Shown here piece by piece: positions 53,701 through 64,000 of a stretch of DNA of 64,000 nt. How positions within the stretch are numbered: the stretch's first letter is position 1; each line of letters begins with the position of its first letter. The notes beneath the pieces were generated by a model. It worked only from the letters and a program-made list of their open reading frames with translations, was not told where the DNA came from and did no database searches. Origin of the DNA: Eledone cirrhosa (lineage: Eukaryota); contig CAXHJY010000096.1 in NCBI GenBank assembly GCA_964016885.1, forward strand, positions 2,170,001 through 2,234,000. The letters are read 5' to 3'. Both the position numbers and the translations under genes were made by a program.

Positions 53701-56700
53701 GAGAGGTAATTTCTAGCCGTCCAAGGGGAGATAAATTCCAGCCTCCAAGGTGAGATAATTTCCAGCCAGCCAAGGGGAGATAATTTGTAAAAAAATCAGG
53801 GGGAGATAATTTGTAAAAAAAATCAGGGGGAGATAATTTGTAAAAAAAAATCAGGGGGAGATAATTTGTAAAAAAAAATCAGGGGGAGATAATTTGTAAA
53901 AAAAAATCAGGGGGAGATAATTTGTAAAAAAATCAAGGGGAGATAATTTCCAGCCGTCCAAGGGGAGATAATTTTCAGCCGTCCAAGGGGAGATAATTTC
54001 CCGCCAGCCAAGGGAAGATAATATTTGAAAAAATCAGGCGGAGATAATTTGTAAAAAAAATCAGGGGGAGATAATTTGTAAAAAAATCAGGGGGAGATAA
54101 TTTGTAAAAAAAAAATCAGGGGGAGATAATTTGTAAAAAGAATCAGGGGGAGATAATTTGTAAAAAAAAATCAGGGGTAGATAAATTGTAAAAAAAAATC
54201 AGGGGGAGATAATTTGTAAAAAAAATCAGGGGGAGATAATTTGTAAAAAAAATGAAAGGGGAGATAATATCCAGCCGTCCAAGGGGAGATAATTTCCAGC
54301 CGTCCAAGGGGAGATAATTTCCAGCCGTCCAAGGGGAGATAATTTCCATCCTTCCAAGGGGATATAATTTCCAGCCGTCCAAGGGGAGATAATTTCCCGC
54401 CAGCCAAGGGAAGATAATTTTTAAAATAATCAGGCGGAGATTGTAAAAAAAATCAGGGGGGAGATAATTTGTAAAAAAATCAGGGGGAGATAATTTGTAA
54501 AAAAAAATCAGGGGGAGATAATTTGTAAAAAATAATCAGGGGGAGATAATTTGTAAAAAAAAATCAAGGGGAGATAATTTCCAGCCGTCCAAGGGGAGAT
54601 AATTTCCCGCCAGCCAAGGGAAGATAATATTTAAAAAAATTAGGCGGAGATAATTTGTAAAAAAAATCAGGGGGAGATAATTTGTAAAAAAATCAGGGGG
54701 AGATAATTTGTAAAAAAAATCAGGGGGAGATAATTTGTAAAAAAATTCATGGGGAGATAATTTGTAAAAAAAAATCAGGGGTAGATAATTTGTAAAAAAA
54801 AATCAGGGGGAGATAATTTGTAAAAAAAAATCAGGGGGAGATAATTTGTAAAAAAAATCAAGGGGAGATAATTTCCAGCCGTCCAAGGGGAGATAATTTT
54901 CAGCCGTCCAAGGAGAGGTAATTTCTAGCCGTCCAAGGGGAGATAATTTCCAGCCGTCCAAGGGGAGGTAATTTCCAGCCGTCCAAGGGGAGATAATTTA
55001 AAAAAAAAAATCAGGCGGAGATAATTTGTAAAAAAAATCAAGGGGAGATAATTTGCAGCCGTCCAAGGGGAGATAATTTTCAGTCGTCCAAGGAGAGGTA
55101 ATTTCTAGCCGTCCAAGGGGAGATAATTGCCAGCCGTCCAAGGGGAGATAATTTCCAGCCGTCCAAGGGGAGATAATTTTTTTTTAAAAATCAGGCGGAG
55201 ATAATTTGTAAAAAAAATCAGGGGGAGATAATTTGTAAACAAAATCAGGGGGAGATAATTTGTAAAAAAAAATCAGGGGGAGATAATTTGTAAAAAAAAT
55301 CATGGAGAGATAATTTCCAGCCGTCCAAGGTGAGATAATTTCCAGCCGTCCAAGGAGACATATTTTCCAGCCGTCCAAGGCGAGGTAATTTCTAGCCGTC
55401 CAAGGGGAGATAAATTCCAGCCTCCAAGGGGAGATAATTTCCAGCCAGCCAAGTGGAGATAATTTGTAAAAAAATCAGGGGGAGATAATTTGTAAAAAAT
55501 ATCAGGGAGATAATTTGTAAAAAAAAATCAGGGGGAGATAATTTGTAAAAAAAATCAGGGGGAGATAATTTGTAAAAAAAAATCAGGGGGAGATAATTTG
55601 TAAAAAAAATCAAGGGGAGATAATTTCCAGCCGTCCAAGGGGAGATAATTTTCAGCCGTCCAAGGGGAGATAATTTCCCGCCAGCCAAGGGAAGATAATA
55701 TTTAAAAAAATCAGGCGGAGATAATTTGTAAAAAAAATCAGGGGGAGATAATTTGTAAAAAAATCAGGGGGAGATAATTTGTAAAAAAAAAATCAGGGGG
55801 AGATAATTTGTAAAAAAAATCAGGGGGAGATAATTTGTAAAAAAAAATCAGGGGTAGATAATTTGTAAACAAAAATCAGGGGGAGATAATTTGTAAAAAA
55901 AAATCAGGGGGAGATAATTTGTAAAAAAAATGAAAGGGGAGATAATATCCAGCCGTCCAAGGGGAGATAATTTCCAGCCGTCCAAGGGGATATAATTTCC
56001 AGCCGTCCAAGGGGAGATAATTTCCATCCTTCCAAGGGGATATAATTTCCAGCCGTCCAAGGGGAGATAATTTCCCGCCAGCCAAGGGAAGATAATTTTT
56101 AAAAAAATCAGGCGGAGATTGTAAAAAAAATCAGGGGGGAGATAATTTGTAAAAAAATCAGGGGGAGATAATTTGTAAAAAATAATCAGGGGGAGATAAT
56201 TTGTAAAAAAATTCAAGGGGAGATAATTTCCAGCCGTCCAAGGGGAGATAATTTCCCGCCAGCCAAGGGAAGATAATATTTAAAAAAATTAGGCGGAGAT
56301 AATTTGTAAAAAAATCAGGGGGAGATAATTTGTAAAAAAAATCAGGGGGAGATAATTTGTAAAAAAAATCATGGGGAGATAATTTGTAAAAAAAAATCAG
56401 GGGTAGATAATTTGTAAAAAAAAATCAGGGGGAGATAATTTGTAAAAAAAAATCAGGGGTAGATAATTTGTAAAAAAAAAATCAGGGGGAGTTAATTTGT
56501 AAAAAAAAATGAGGGGGAGATAATTTGTAAAAAAAATCAAGGGGAGATAATTTCCAGCCGTCCAAGGGGAGATAATTTTCAGCCGTCCAAGGAGAGGTAA
56601 TTTCTAGCCGTCCAAGGGGAGATAATTTCCAGCCGTCCAAGGGGAGGTAATTTCCAGCCGTCCAAGGGGAGATAATTTTTAAAAAAAAATCAGGCGGAGA

Positions 56701-59700
56701 TAATTTGTAAAAAAAATCAAGGGGAGATAATTTGCAGCCGTCCAAGGGGAGATAATTTTCAGTCGTCCAAGGAGAGGTAATTTCTAGCCGTCCAAGGGGA
56801 GATAATTTCCAGCCGTCCAAGGGGAGATAATTTCCAGCCGTCCAAGGGGAGATAATTTTTTTAAAAAAATCAGGCGGAGATAATTTGTAAAAAAAATCAG
56901 GGGGAGATAATTTGTAAACAAAATCAGGGGGAGATAATTTGTAAAAAAAAATCAGGGGGAGATAATTTGTAAAAAAAATTAGGCGTAGATAATTTGTAAA
57001 AAAAAATCAGGGGGAGATAATTTGTAAAAAAAAATCAGGGGGAGATAATTTGTTTAAAAAATCAAGGGGAGATAATTTGCAGCCGTCCAAGGGGAGATAA
57101 TTTTCAGCCGTCCAAGGAGAGGTAATTTCTAGCCGTTCAAGGGGAGATAATTTCCAGCCGTCCAAGGGGAGATAATTTCCAGCCGTCCAAGGGGAGATAA
57201 TTTTTTTTAAAAAATCAGGCGGAGATAATTTGTAAAAAAAAATCAGGGGGAGATAATTCGTAAAAAAAAATCAGGGGGAGATAATTTGTAAAAAAAAATC
57301 AGGGGGAGATAATTTGTAAAAAAAATCAAGGGGAGATAATTTCCAGCCGTCCAAGGGGAGGTAATATCTAGCCGTCCAAGGGGAGATAATTTCCAGCCGT
57401 CCAAGGGGAGATAATTTCCAGCCGTCCAAGGGGAGATAATTTCCAGCCGTCCAAGGAGACATATTTTCCAGCCGTCCAAGGCGAGGTAATTTCTAGCCGT
57501 CCAAGGGGAGATTAATTCCAGCCACCAAGGGGAGATAATTTCCAGCCAGCCAAGGGGAGATAATTTGTAAAAAAATCAGGGGGAGATAATTTGTAAAAAA
57601 TATCAGGGAGATAATTTGTAAAAAAAAATCAGGGGGAGATAATTTGTAAAAAAAATCAGGGGGAGATAATTTGTAAAAAAAAATCAGGGGGAGATAATTT
57701 GTAAAAAAAATCAAGGGGAGATAATTTCCAGCCGTCCAAGGGGAGATAATTTTCAGCCGTCCAAGGAGAGGTAATTTCTAACCGTCCGAGGAGAGATAAT
57801 TTCCAGCCGTCCAAGGGGAGATAATTTCCAGCCGTCCAAGGGGAGATAATTTCCAGCCGTCCAAGGAGACATATTTTCCAGCCGTCCAAGGAGAGGTAAT
57901 TTCTAGCCGTCCAAGGGGAGATAAATTCCAGCCTCCAAGGGGAGATAATTTCCAGCCAGCCAAGGGGAGATAATTTGTAAAAAAATCAGGGGGAGATAAT
58001 TTGCAAAAAAAATCAAAGGGTGATAATTTGTAAAAAAAATCAGGGGGAGATAATTTGTAAAAAATAATCAGGGGGAGATAATTTCCAGCCGTCCAAGGGA
58101 AGATAATTTCCAGCCCTCCAAGGGGCTATAATTTCCAGTGTCCAAGGGGAGATAATTTCCAGCCAGAGAAGGGGAGATAATTTTTTTTAAAAAATCATTG
58201 GGAGATTTGTAAAAAAAATCAGGGGGAGATAATTTGTAAAAAAAATCAAGGGGAGATAATTTCCAGCCGTCCAAGGGGAGGTAATATCTAGCCGTCCAAG
58301 GGGAGATAATTTCCAGCCGTCCAAGGGGAGATAATTTCCAGCCGTCCAAGGGTAGATAATATCCAGCCGCCCAAGGACATATTTTCCAGCCGTCCAAGGA
58401 GAGGTAATTTCTAGCCGTCCAAGGGGAGATAAATTCCAGCCTCCAAGGGGAGATAATTTCCAGCCAGCCAAGGGGAGATAATTTGTAAAAAAATCAGGGG
58501 GAGATAATTTGTAAAAAAAATCAGGGGGATATAATTTGTAAAAAAAAATCAGGGGGAGATAATTTGTAAAAAAAAATCAGGGGGAGATAATTTGCAAAAA
58601 AAATCAGGGGGAGATAATTTGTAAAAAAAAATCAGGGGTAGATAATTTGTAAAAAAAAATCAGGGGGAGATAATTTGTAAAAAAAAATCAGGGGGAGATA
58701 ATTTGTAAAAGAAATCAAGGGGAGATAATTTCCAGCCGTCCAAGGAGAGATAATTTTAAAAAAAATCAGGCGGAGATAATTTGTAAAAAAAAATCAGGGG
58801 GAGATAATTTGTAAAAAAAATCAGGGGGAGATAATTTGTAAAAAAAAATCAGGGGTAGATAATTTGTAAAAAAAAATCAGGGGGAGATAATTTGTAAAAA
58901 AAATCAGGGGGAGATAATTTGTAAAAAAAATCAAGGGGAGATAATTTCCAGCCGTCCAAGGAGAGATAATTTTAAAAAAAATCAGGCGGAGATAATTTGT
59001 AAAAAAAAATTAGGGGGAGATAATTTGTAAAAAAAAATCAGGGGGAGATAATTTGTAAAAAAAATCAAGGGGAGATAATTTCCAGCCGTCCAAGGGGAGA
59101 TAATTTTCAGCCGTCCAAGGGGAGATAATTTCCCGCCAGCCAAGGGAAGATAATATTCAAAAAAATCAGGCGGAGATAATTTGTAAAAAAAATCAGGGGG
59201 AGATAATTTGTAAAAAAATCAGGGGGAGATAATTTGTAAAAAAAAAAATCAGGGGGAGATAATTTGTAAAAAAAATCAGGGGGAGATAATTTGTAAAAAA
59301 AAATCAGGGGTAGATAATTTGTAAAAAAAAATTAGGGGGAGATAATTTGTAAAAAAAAATCAGGGGGAGATAATTTGTAAAAAAAATGAAAGGGGAGATA
59401 ATATCCAGCCGTCCAAGGGGAGATAATTTCCAGCCGTCCAAGGGGAGATAATTTCCAGCCGTCCAAGGGGAGAAAATTTCCATCCTTCCAAGGGGATATA
59501 ATTTCCAGCCGTCCAAGGGGAGATAATTTCCATCCTTCCAAGGGGATATAATTTCCAGCCGTCCAAGGGGAGATAATTTTCAGCCGTCCAAGGAGAGGTA
59601 ATTTCTAGCCGTCCAAGGAGAGATAATTTCCAGCCGTCCAAGGGGAGATAATTTCCAGCCGTCCAAGGGGAGATAATTTCCAGCCGTCCAAGGAGACATA

Positions 59701-60100
59701 TTTTCCAGCCGTCCAAGGAGAGGTAATTCCTAGCCGTCCAAGGGGAGATAAATTCCAGCCTCCAAGGGGAGATAATTTCCAGCCAGCCAAGGGGAGATAA
59801 TTTGTAAAAAAAATCAGGGGGAGATAATTTCTAAAAAAAATCAGGGGGAGATAATTTGTAAAAAAAAATCAGGGGGAGATAATTTGTAAAAAATAATCAG
59901 GGGGAGATAATTTGTAAAAAAAATCAAGGGGAGATAATTTCCAGCCGTCCAAGGGGAGATAATTTTCAGCCGTCCAAGGGGAGATAATTTCCCACCAGCC
60001 AAGGGAAGATAATATTTAAAAAAATTAGGCGGAGATAATTTGTAAAAAAAATCAGGGGGAGATAATTTGTAAAAAAATCAGGGGGAGATAATTTGTAAAA
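41300..60100. repeat. Nearly three tandem copies of the ~6.7-6.8 kb higher-order repeat
   Basis: Marker CATGGAGAG at 41771, 48498 and 55301. ORF offsets 42317/49045/55848, 43793/50520/57243 and 45767/52489/59304. Confidence 0.88.
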
Positions 60101-63100
60101 AAAATCAGGGGGAGATAATTTGTAAAAAAAATCAGGGGGAGATAATTTGTAAAAAAAAATCAGGGGTAGATAATTTGTAAAAAAAAATCAGGGGGAGATA
60201 ATTTGTAAAAAAAAATCAGGGGGAGATAATTTGTAAAAAAAATCAAGGGGAGATAATTTCCAGCCGTCCAAGGAGAGATAATTTAAAAAAAAATCAGGCG
60301 GAGATAATTTGTAAAAAAAAATCAGGGGGAGATATTTTGTAAAAAAAAATCAGGGGGAGATAATTTGTAAAAAAAATCAAGGGGAGATAATTTCCAGCCG
60401 TCCAAGAGGAGATAATTTTCAGCCGTCCAAGGGGAGATAATTTCCCGCCAGCCAAGGGAAGATAATATTCAAAAAAATCAGGCGGAGATAATTTGTAAAA
60501 AAAATCAGGGGGAGATAATTTGTAAAAAAATCAGGGGGAGATAATTTGTAAAAAAAAAAATCAGGGGGAGATAATTTGTAAAAAAAATCAGGGGGAGATA
60601 ATTTGTAAAAAAAAATCAGGGGTAGATAATTTGTAAAAAAAAATCAGGGGGAGATAATTTGTAAAAAAAAATCAGGGGGAGATAATTTGTAAAAAAAATG
60701 AAAGGGGAGATAATATCCAGCCGTCCAAGGGGAGATAATTTCCAGCCGTCCAAGGAGAGATAATTTCCAGCCGTCCAAGGGGAGATAATTTCCATCCTTC
60801 CAAGGGGATATAATTTCCAGCCGTCCAAGGGGAGATAATTTCCATCCTTCCAAGGGGATATAATTTCCAGCCGTCCAAGGGGAGATAATTTTCAGCCGTC
60901 CAAGGAGAGGTAATTTCTAGCCGTCCAAGGAGAGATAATTTCCAGCCGTCCAAGGGGAGATAATTTCCAGCCGTCCAAGGGGAGATAATTTCCAGCCGTC
61001 CAAGGAGACATATTTTCCAGCCGTCCAAGGAGAGGTAATTCCTAGCCGTCCAAGGGGAGATAAATTCCAGCCTCCAAGGGGAGATAATTTCCAGCCAGCC
61101 AAGGGGAGATAATTTGTAAAAAAAATCAGGGGGAGATAATTTGTAAAAAAAATCAGGGGGAGATAATTTGTAAAAAAAAATCAGGGGGAGATAATTTGTA
61201 AAAAAAATCAAGGGGAGATAATTTCCAGCCGTCCAAGGGGAGATAATTTTCAACCGTCCAAGGGGAGATAATTTCCCGCCAGCTAAGGGGAGATAATTTG
61301 TAAAAAAATCAGGGGGAGATAATTTGTAAAAAAAAAAATCAGGGGGAGATAATTTGTAAAAAAAATCAGGGGGAGATAATTTGTAAAAAAAAATCAGGGG
61401 TAGATAATTTGTAAAAAAAAATCAGGGGGAGATAATTTGTAAAAAAAAATCAGGGGGAGATAATTTGTAAAAAAAATGAAAGGGGAGATAATATCCAGCC
61501 GTCCAAGGGGAGATAATTTCCAGCCGTCCAAGGGGAGATAATTTCCAGCCGTCCAAGGGGAGATAATTTCCATCCTTCCAAGGGGATATAATTTCCAGCC
61601 GTCCAAGGGGAGATAATTTCCATCCTTCCAAGGGGATATAATTTCCAGCCGTCCAAGGGGAGATAATTTTCAGCCGTCCAAGGAGAGGTAATTTCTAGCC
61701 GTCCAAGGAGAGATAATTTCCAGCCGTCCAAGGGGAGATAATTTCCAGCCGTCCAAGGGGAGATAATTTCCAGCCGTCCAAGGAGACATATTTTCCAGCC
61801 GTCCAAGGAGAGGTAATTCCTAGCCGTCCAAGGGGAGATAAATTCCAGCCTCCAAGGGGAGATAATTTCCAGCCAGCCAAGGGGAGATAATTTGTAAAAA
61901 AAATCAGGGGGAGATAATTTGTAAAAAAAATCAGGGGGAGATAATTTGTAAAAAAAAATCAGGGGGAGATAATTTGTAAAAAATAATCAGGGGGAGATAA
62001 TTTGTAAAAAAAATCAAGGGGAGATAATTTCCAGCCGTCCAAGGGGAGATAATTTTCAGCCGTCCAAGGGGAGATAATTTCCCGCCAGCCAAGGGAAGAT
62101 AATATTTTAAAAAATTAGGCGGAGATAATTTGTAAAAAAAATCAGGGGGAGATAATTTGTAAAAAAATCAGGGGGAGATAATTTGTAAAAAAAATCAGGG
62201 GGAGATAATTTGTAAAAAAAATCAGGGGGAGATAATTTGTAAAAAAAAATCAGGGGTAGATAATTTGTAAAAAAAAATCAGGGGGAGATAATTTGTAAAA
62301 AAATCAAGGGGAGATAATTTCCAGCCGTCCAAGGGAAGATAATTTCCAGCCCTCCAAGGGGCTATAATTTCCAGCGTCCAAGGGGAGATAATTTCCAGCC
62401 AGCGAAGGGGAGATAATTTTTTTAAAAAAATCATTGGGAGATTTGTAAAAAAAATCAGGGGGAGATAATTTGTAAAAAAAATCAAGGGGAGATAATTTCC
62501 AGCCGTCCAAGGGGAGGTAATATCTAGCCGTCCAAGGGTAGATAATTTCCAGCCGTCCAACGGGAGATAATTTCCAGCCGTCCAAGGGTAGATAATATCC
62601 AGCCGCCCAAGGACATATTTTCCAGCCGTCCAAGGAGAGGTAATTTCTAGCCGTCCAAGGGGAGATAATTTCCAGCCGTCCAAGGGTAGATAATATCCAG
62701 CCGTCCAAGGACATATTTTCCAGCCGTCCAAGGAGAGGTAATTTCTAGCCGTCCAAGGGGAGATAAATTCCAGCCTCCAAGGGGAGATAATTTCCAGCCA
62801 GCCAAGGGGAGATAATTTGTAAAAAAATCAGGGGGAGATAATTTGTAAAAAAAATCAGGGGGAGATAATTTGTAAAAAAAAATCAGGGGGAGATAATTTG
62901 TAAAAAAAATCAGGGGGAGATAATTTGCAAAAAAAATCAGGGGGAGATAATTTGTAAAAAAAAATCAGGGGTAGATAATTTGTAAAAAAAAATCAGGGGG
63001 AGATAATTTGTAAAAAAAAATCAGGGGGAGATAATTTGTAAAAAAAATCAAGGGGAGATAATTTCCAGCCGTCCAAGGAGAGATAATTTTAAAAAAAATC

Positions 63101-64000
63101 AGGCGGAGATAATTTGTAAAAAAAAATCAGGGGGAGATAATTTGTAAAAAAAATTAGGCGTAGATAATTTGTAAAAAAAAATCAGGGGGATAATTTGTAA
63201 AAAAAAATCAGGGGGAGATAATTTGTTTAAAAAATCAAGGGGAGATAATTTGCAGCCGTCCAAGGGGAGATAATTTTCAGCCGTCCAAGGAGAGGTAATT
63301 TCTAGCCGTTCAAGGGGAGATAATTTCCAGCCGTCCAAGGGGAGATAATTTCCAGCCGTCCAAGGAGACATATTTTCCAGCCGTCCAAGGAGAGGTAATT
63401 CCTAGCCGTCCAAGGGGAGATAAATTCCAGCCTCCAAGGGGAGATAATTTCCAGCCAGCCAAGGGGAGATAATTTGTAAAAAAAATCAGGGGGAGATAAT
63501 TTGTAAAAAAAATCAGGGGGAGATAATTTGTAAAAAAAAATCAGGGGGAGATAATTTGTAAAAAAAATCAAGGGGAGATAATTTCCAGCCGTCCAAGGGG
63601 AGATAATTTTCAACCGTCCAAGGGGAGATAATTTCCCGCCAGCTAAGGGGAGATAATTTGTAAAAAAATCAGGGGGAGATAATTTGTAAAAAAAAAAATC
63701 AGGGGGAGATAATTTGTAAAAAAAATCAGGGGGAGATAATTTGTAAAAAAAAATCAGGGGTAGATAATTTGTAAAAAAAAATCAGGGGGAGATAATTTGT
63801 AAAAAAAAATCAGGGGGAGATAATTTGTAAAAAAAATGAAAGGGGAGATAATATCCAGCCGTCCAAGGGGAGATAATTTCCAGCCGTCCAAGGGGAGATA
63901 ATTTCCAGCCGTCCAAGGGGAGATAATTTCCATCCTTCCAAGGGGATATAATTTCCAGCCGTCCAAGGGGAGATAATTTCCATCCTTCCAAGGGGATATA
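59800..64000. repeat. Rearranged sub-domain with shorter periods (778, 1312 and 2360 bp) and new monomer variants
   Basis: The long B-block ORF recurs at 59304, 60616, 61394 and 63754. The variant pair TTTCAACCGTCC / CCAGCTAAGGGG is seen only at ~61250 and ~63610. Confidence 0.8.

Larger units (their letters stand above)
1..64000. repeat. Composite satellite DNA array of interspersed type A (26-30 bp) and type B (25 bp) monomers sharing the core GGGGAGATAATTT; runs off both window ends
   Basis: GGAGATAATTT (or a 1-3 nt variant) recurs every 23-30 bp from base 1 to 64000, always in the same orientation. I saw no non-repeat insertion or inversion. Confidence 0.99.

Noticed and set aside
378-63991. 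All ORFs in the six-frame track (WTAGNYLPLDG / YKLSPPDFF repeat peptides)
   Set aside because: They are translations of the satellite monomers in overlapping frames, mostly starting at TTG rather than ATG. A-tract length changes shift their frames freely and they have no recognisable domain or sign of frame conservation.
1-64000. CRISPR-like repeat/spacer appearance (constant core plus variable part)
   Set aside because: The core is only ~13 bp, the variable part is 12-17 bp and of just two recurring types rather than unique spacers, and there is no leader or cas gene.
1-64000. Telomerase-type or reverse-transcriptase-templated repeat (25-bp unit, G-run strand bias, reminiscent in length of long budding-yeast telomere repeats)
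   Set aside because: It does not match any telomere repeat I know. Rare variants are inherited in multi-kilobase blocks, which indicates DNA-level duplication rather than de novo monomer synthesis from a template.
1-64000. G-quadruplex array from G4-G6 runs on the plus strand
   Set aside because: The G-runs are separated by ~21-24 nt, far longer than canonical loops, so stable intramolecular G4 is not supported without experiment.

Overview
The whole 64 kb window is one uninterrupted, unidirectional satellite DNA array of roughly 2,400 monomers (estimated from 64 kb at ~26 bp each). It has no unique sequence, no credible genes, no RNA genes, no transposons and no CRISPR. Two monomer types share the core GGGGAGATAATTT. 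Type A is GGAGATAATTTGT(A7-11)TCAGGG (26-30 bp, mostly 27-28 bp). Type B is GGAGATAATTTCCAGCCGTCCAAGG (25 bp). They alternate in short blocks joined by stereotyped junction monomers. Diagnostic variants and identical ORF-track offsets show nested higher-order structure: ~2 kb ancestral units, a ~6.7-7.0 kb higher-order repeat, ~4 kb internal duplications giving ~10.7-10.9 kb units, and a very recent near-identical ~21.6 kb tandem duplication (~4.6-26.2 kb and ~26.2-47.8 kb). After ~59.8 kb the array switches to shorter, rearranged periods. The organisation is typical of eukaryotic centromeric, pericentromeric or subtelomeric satellite. I do not recognise the family or organism, and function cannot be determined from sequence alone. 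All ORFs in the track are artefacts of translating the repeat. Boundaries of the higher-order units were read by eye and are approximate.
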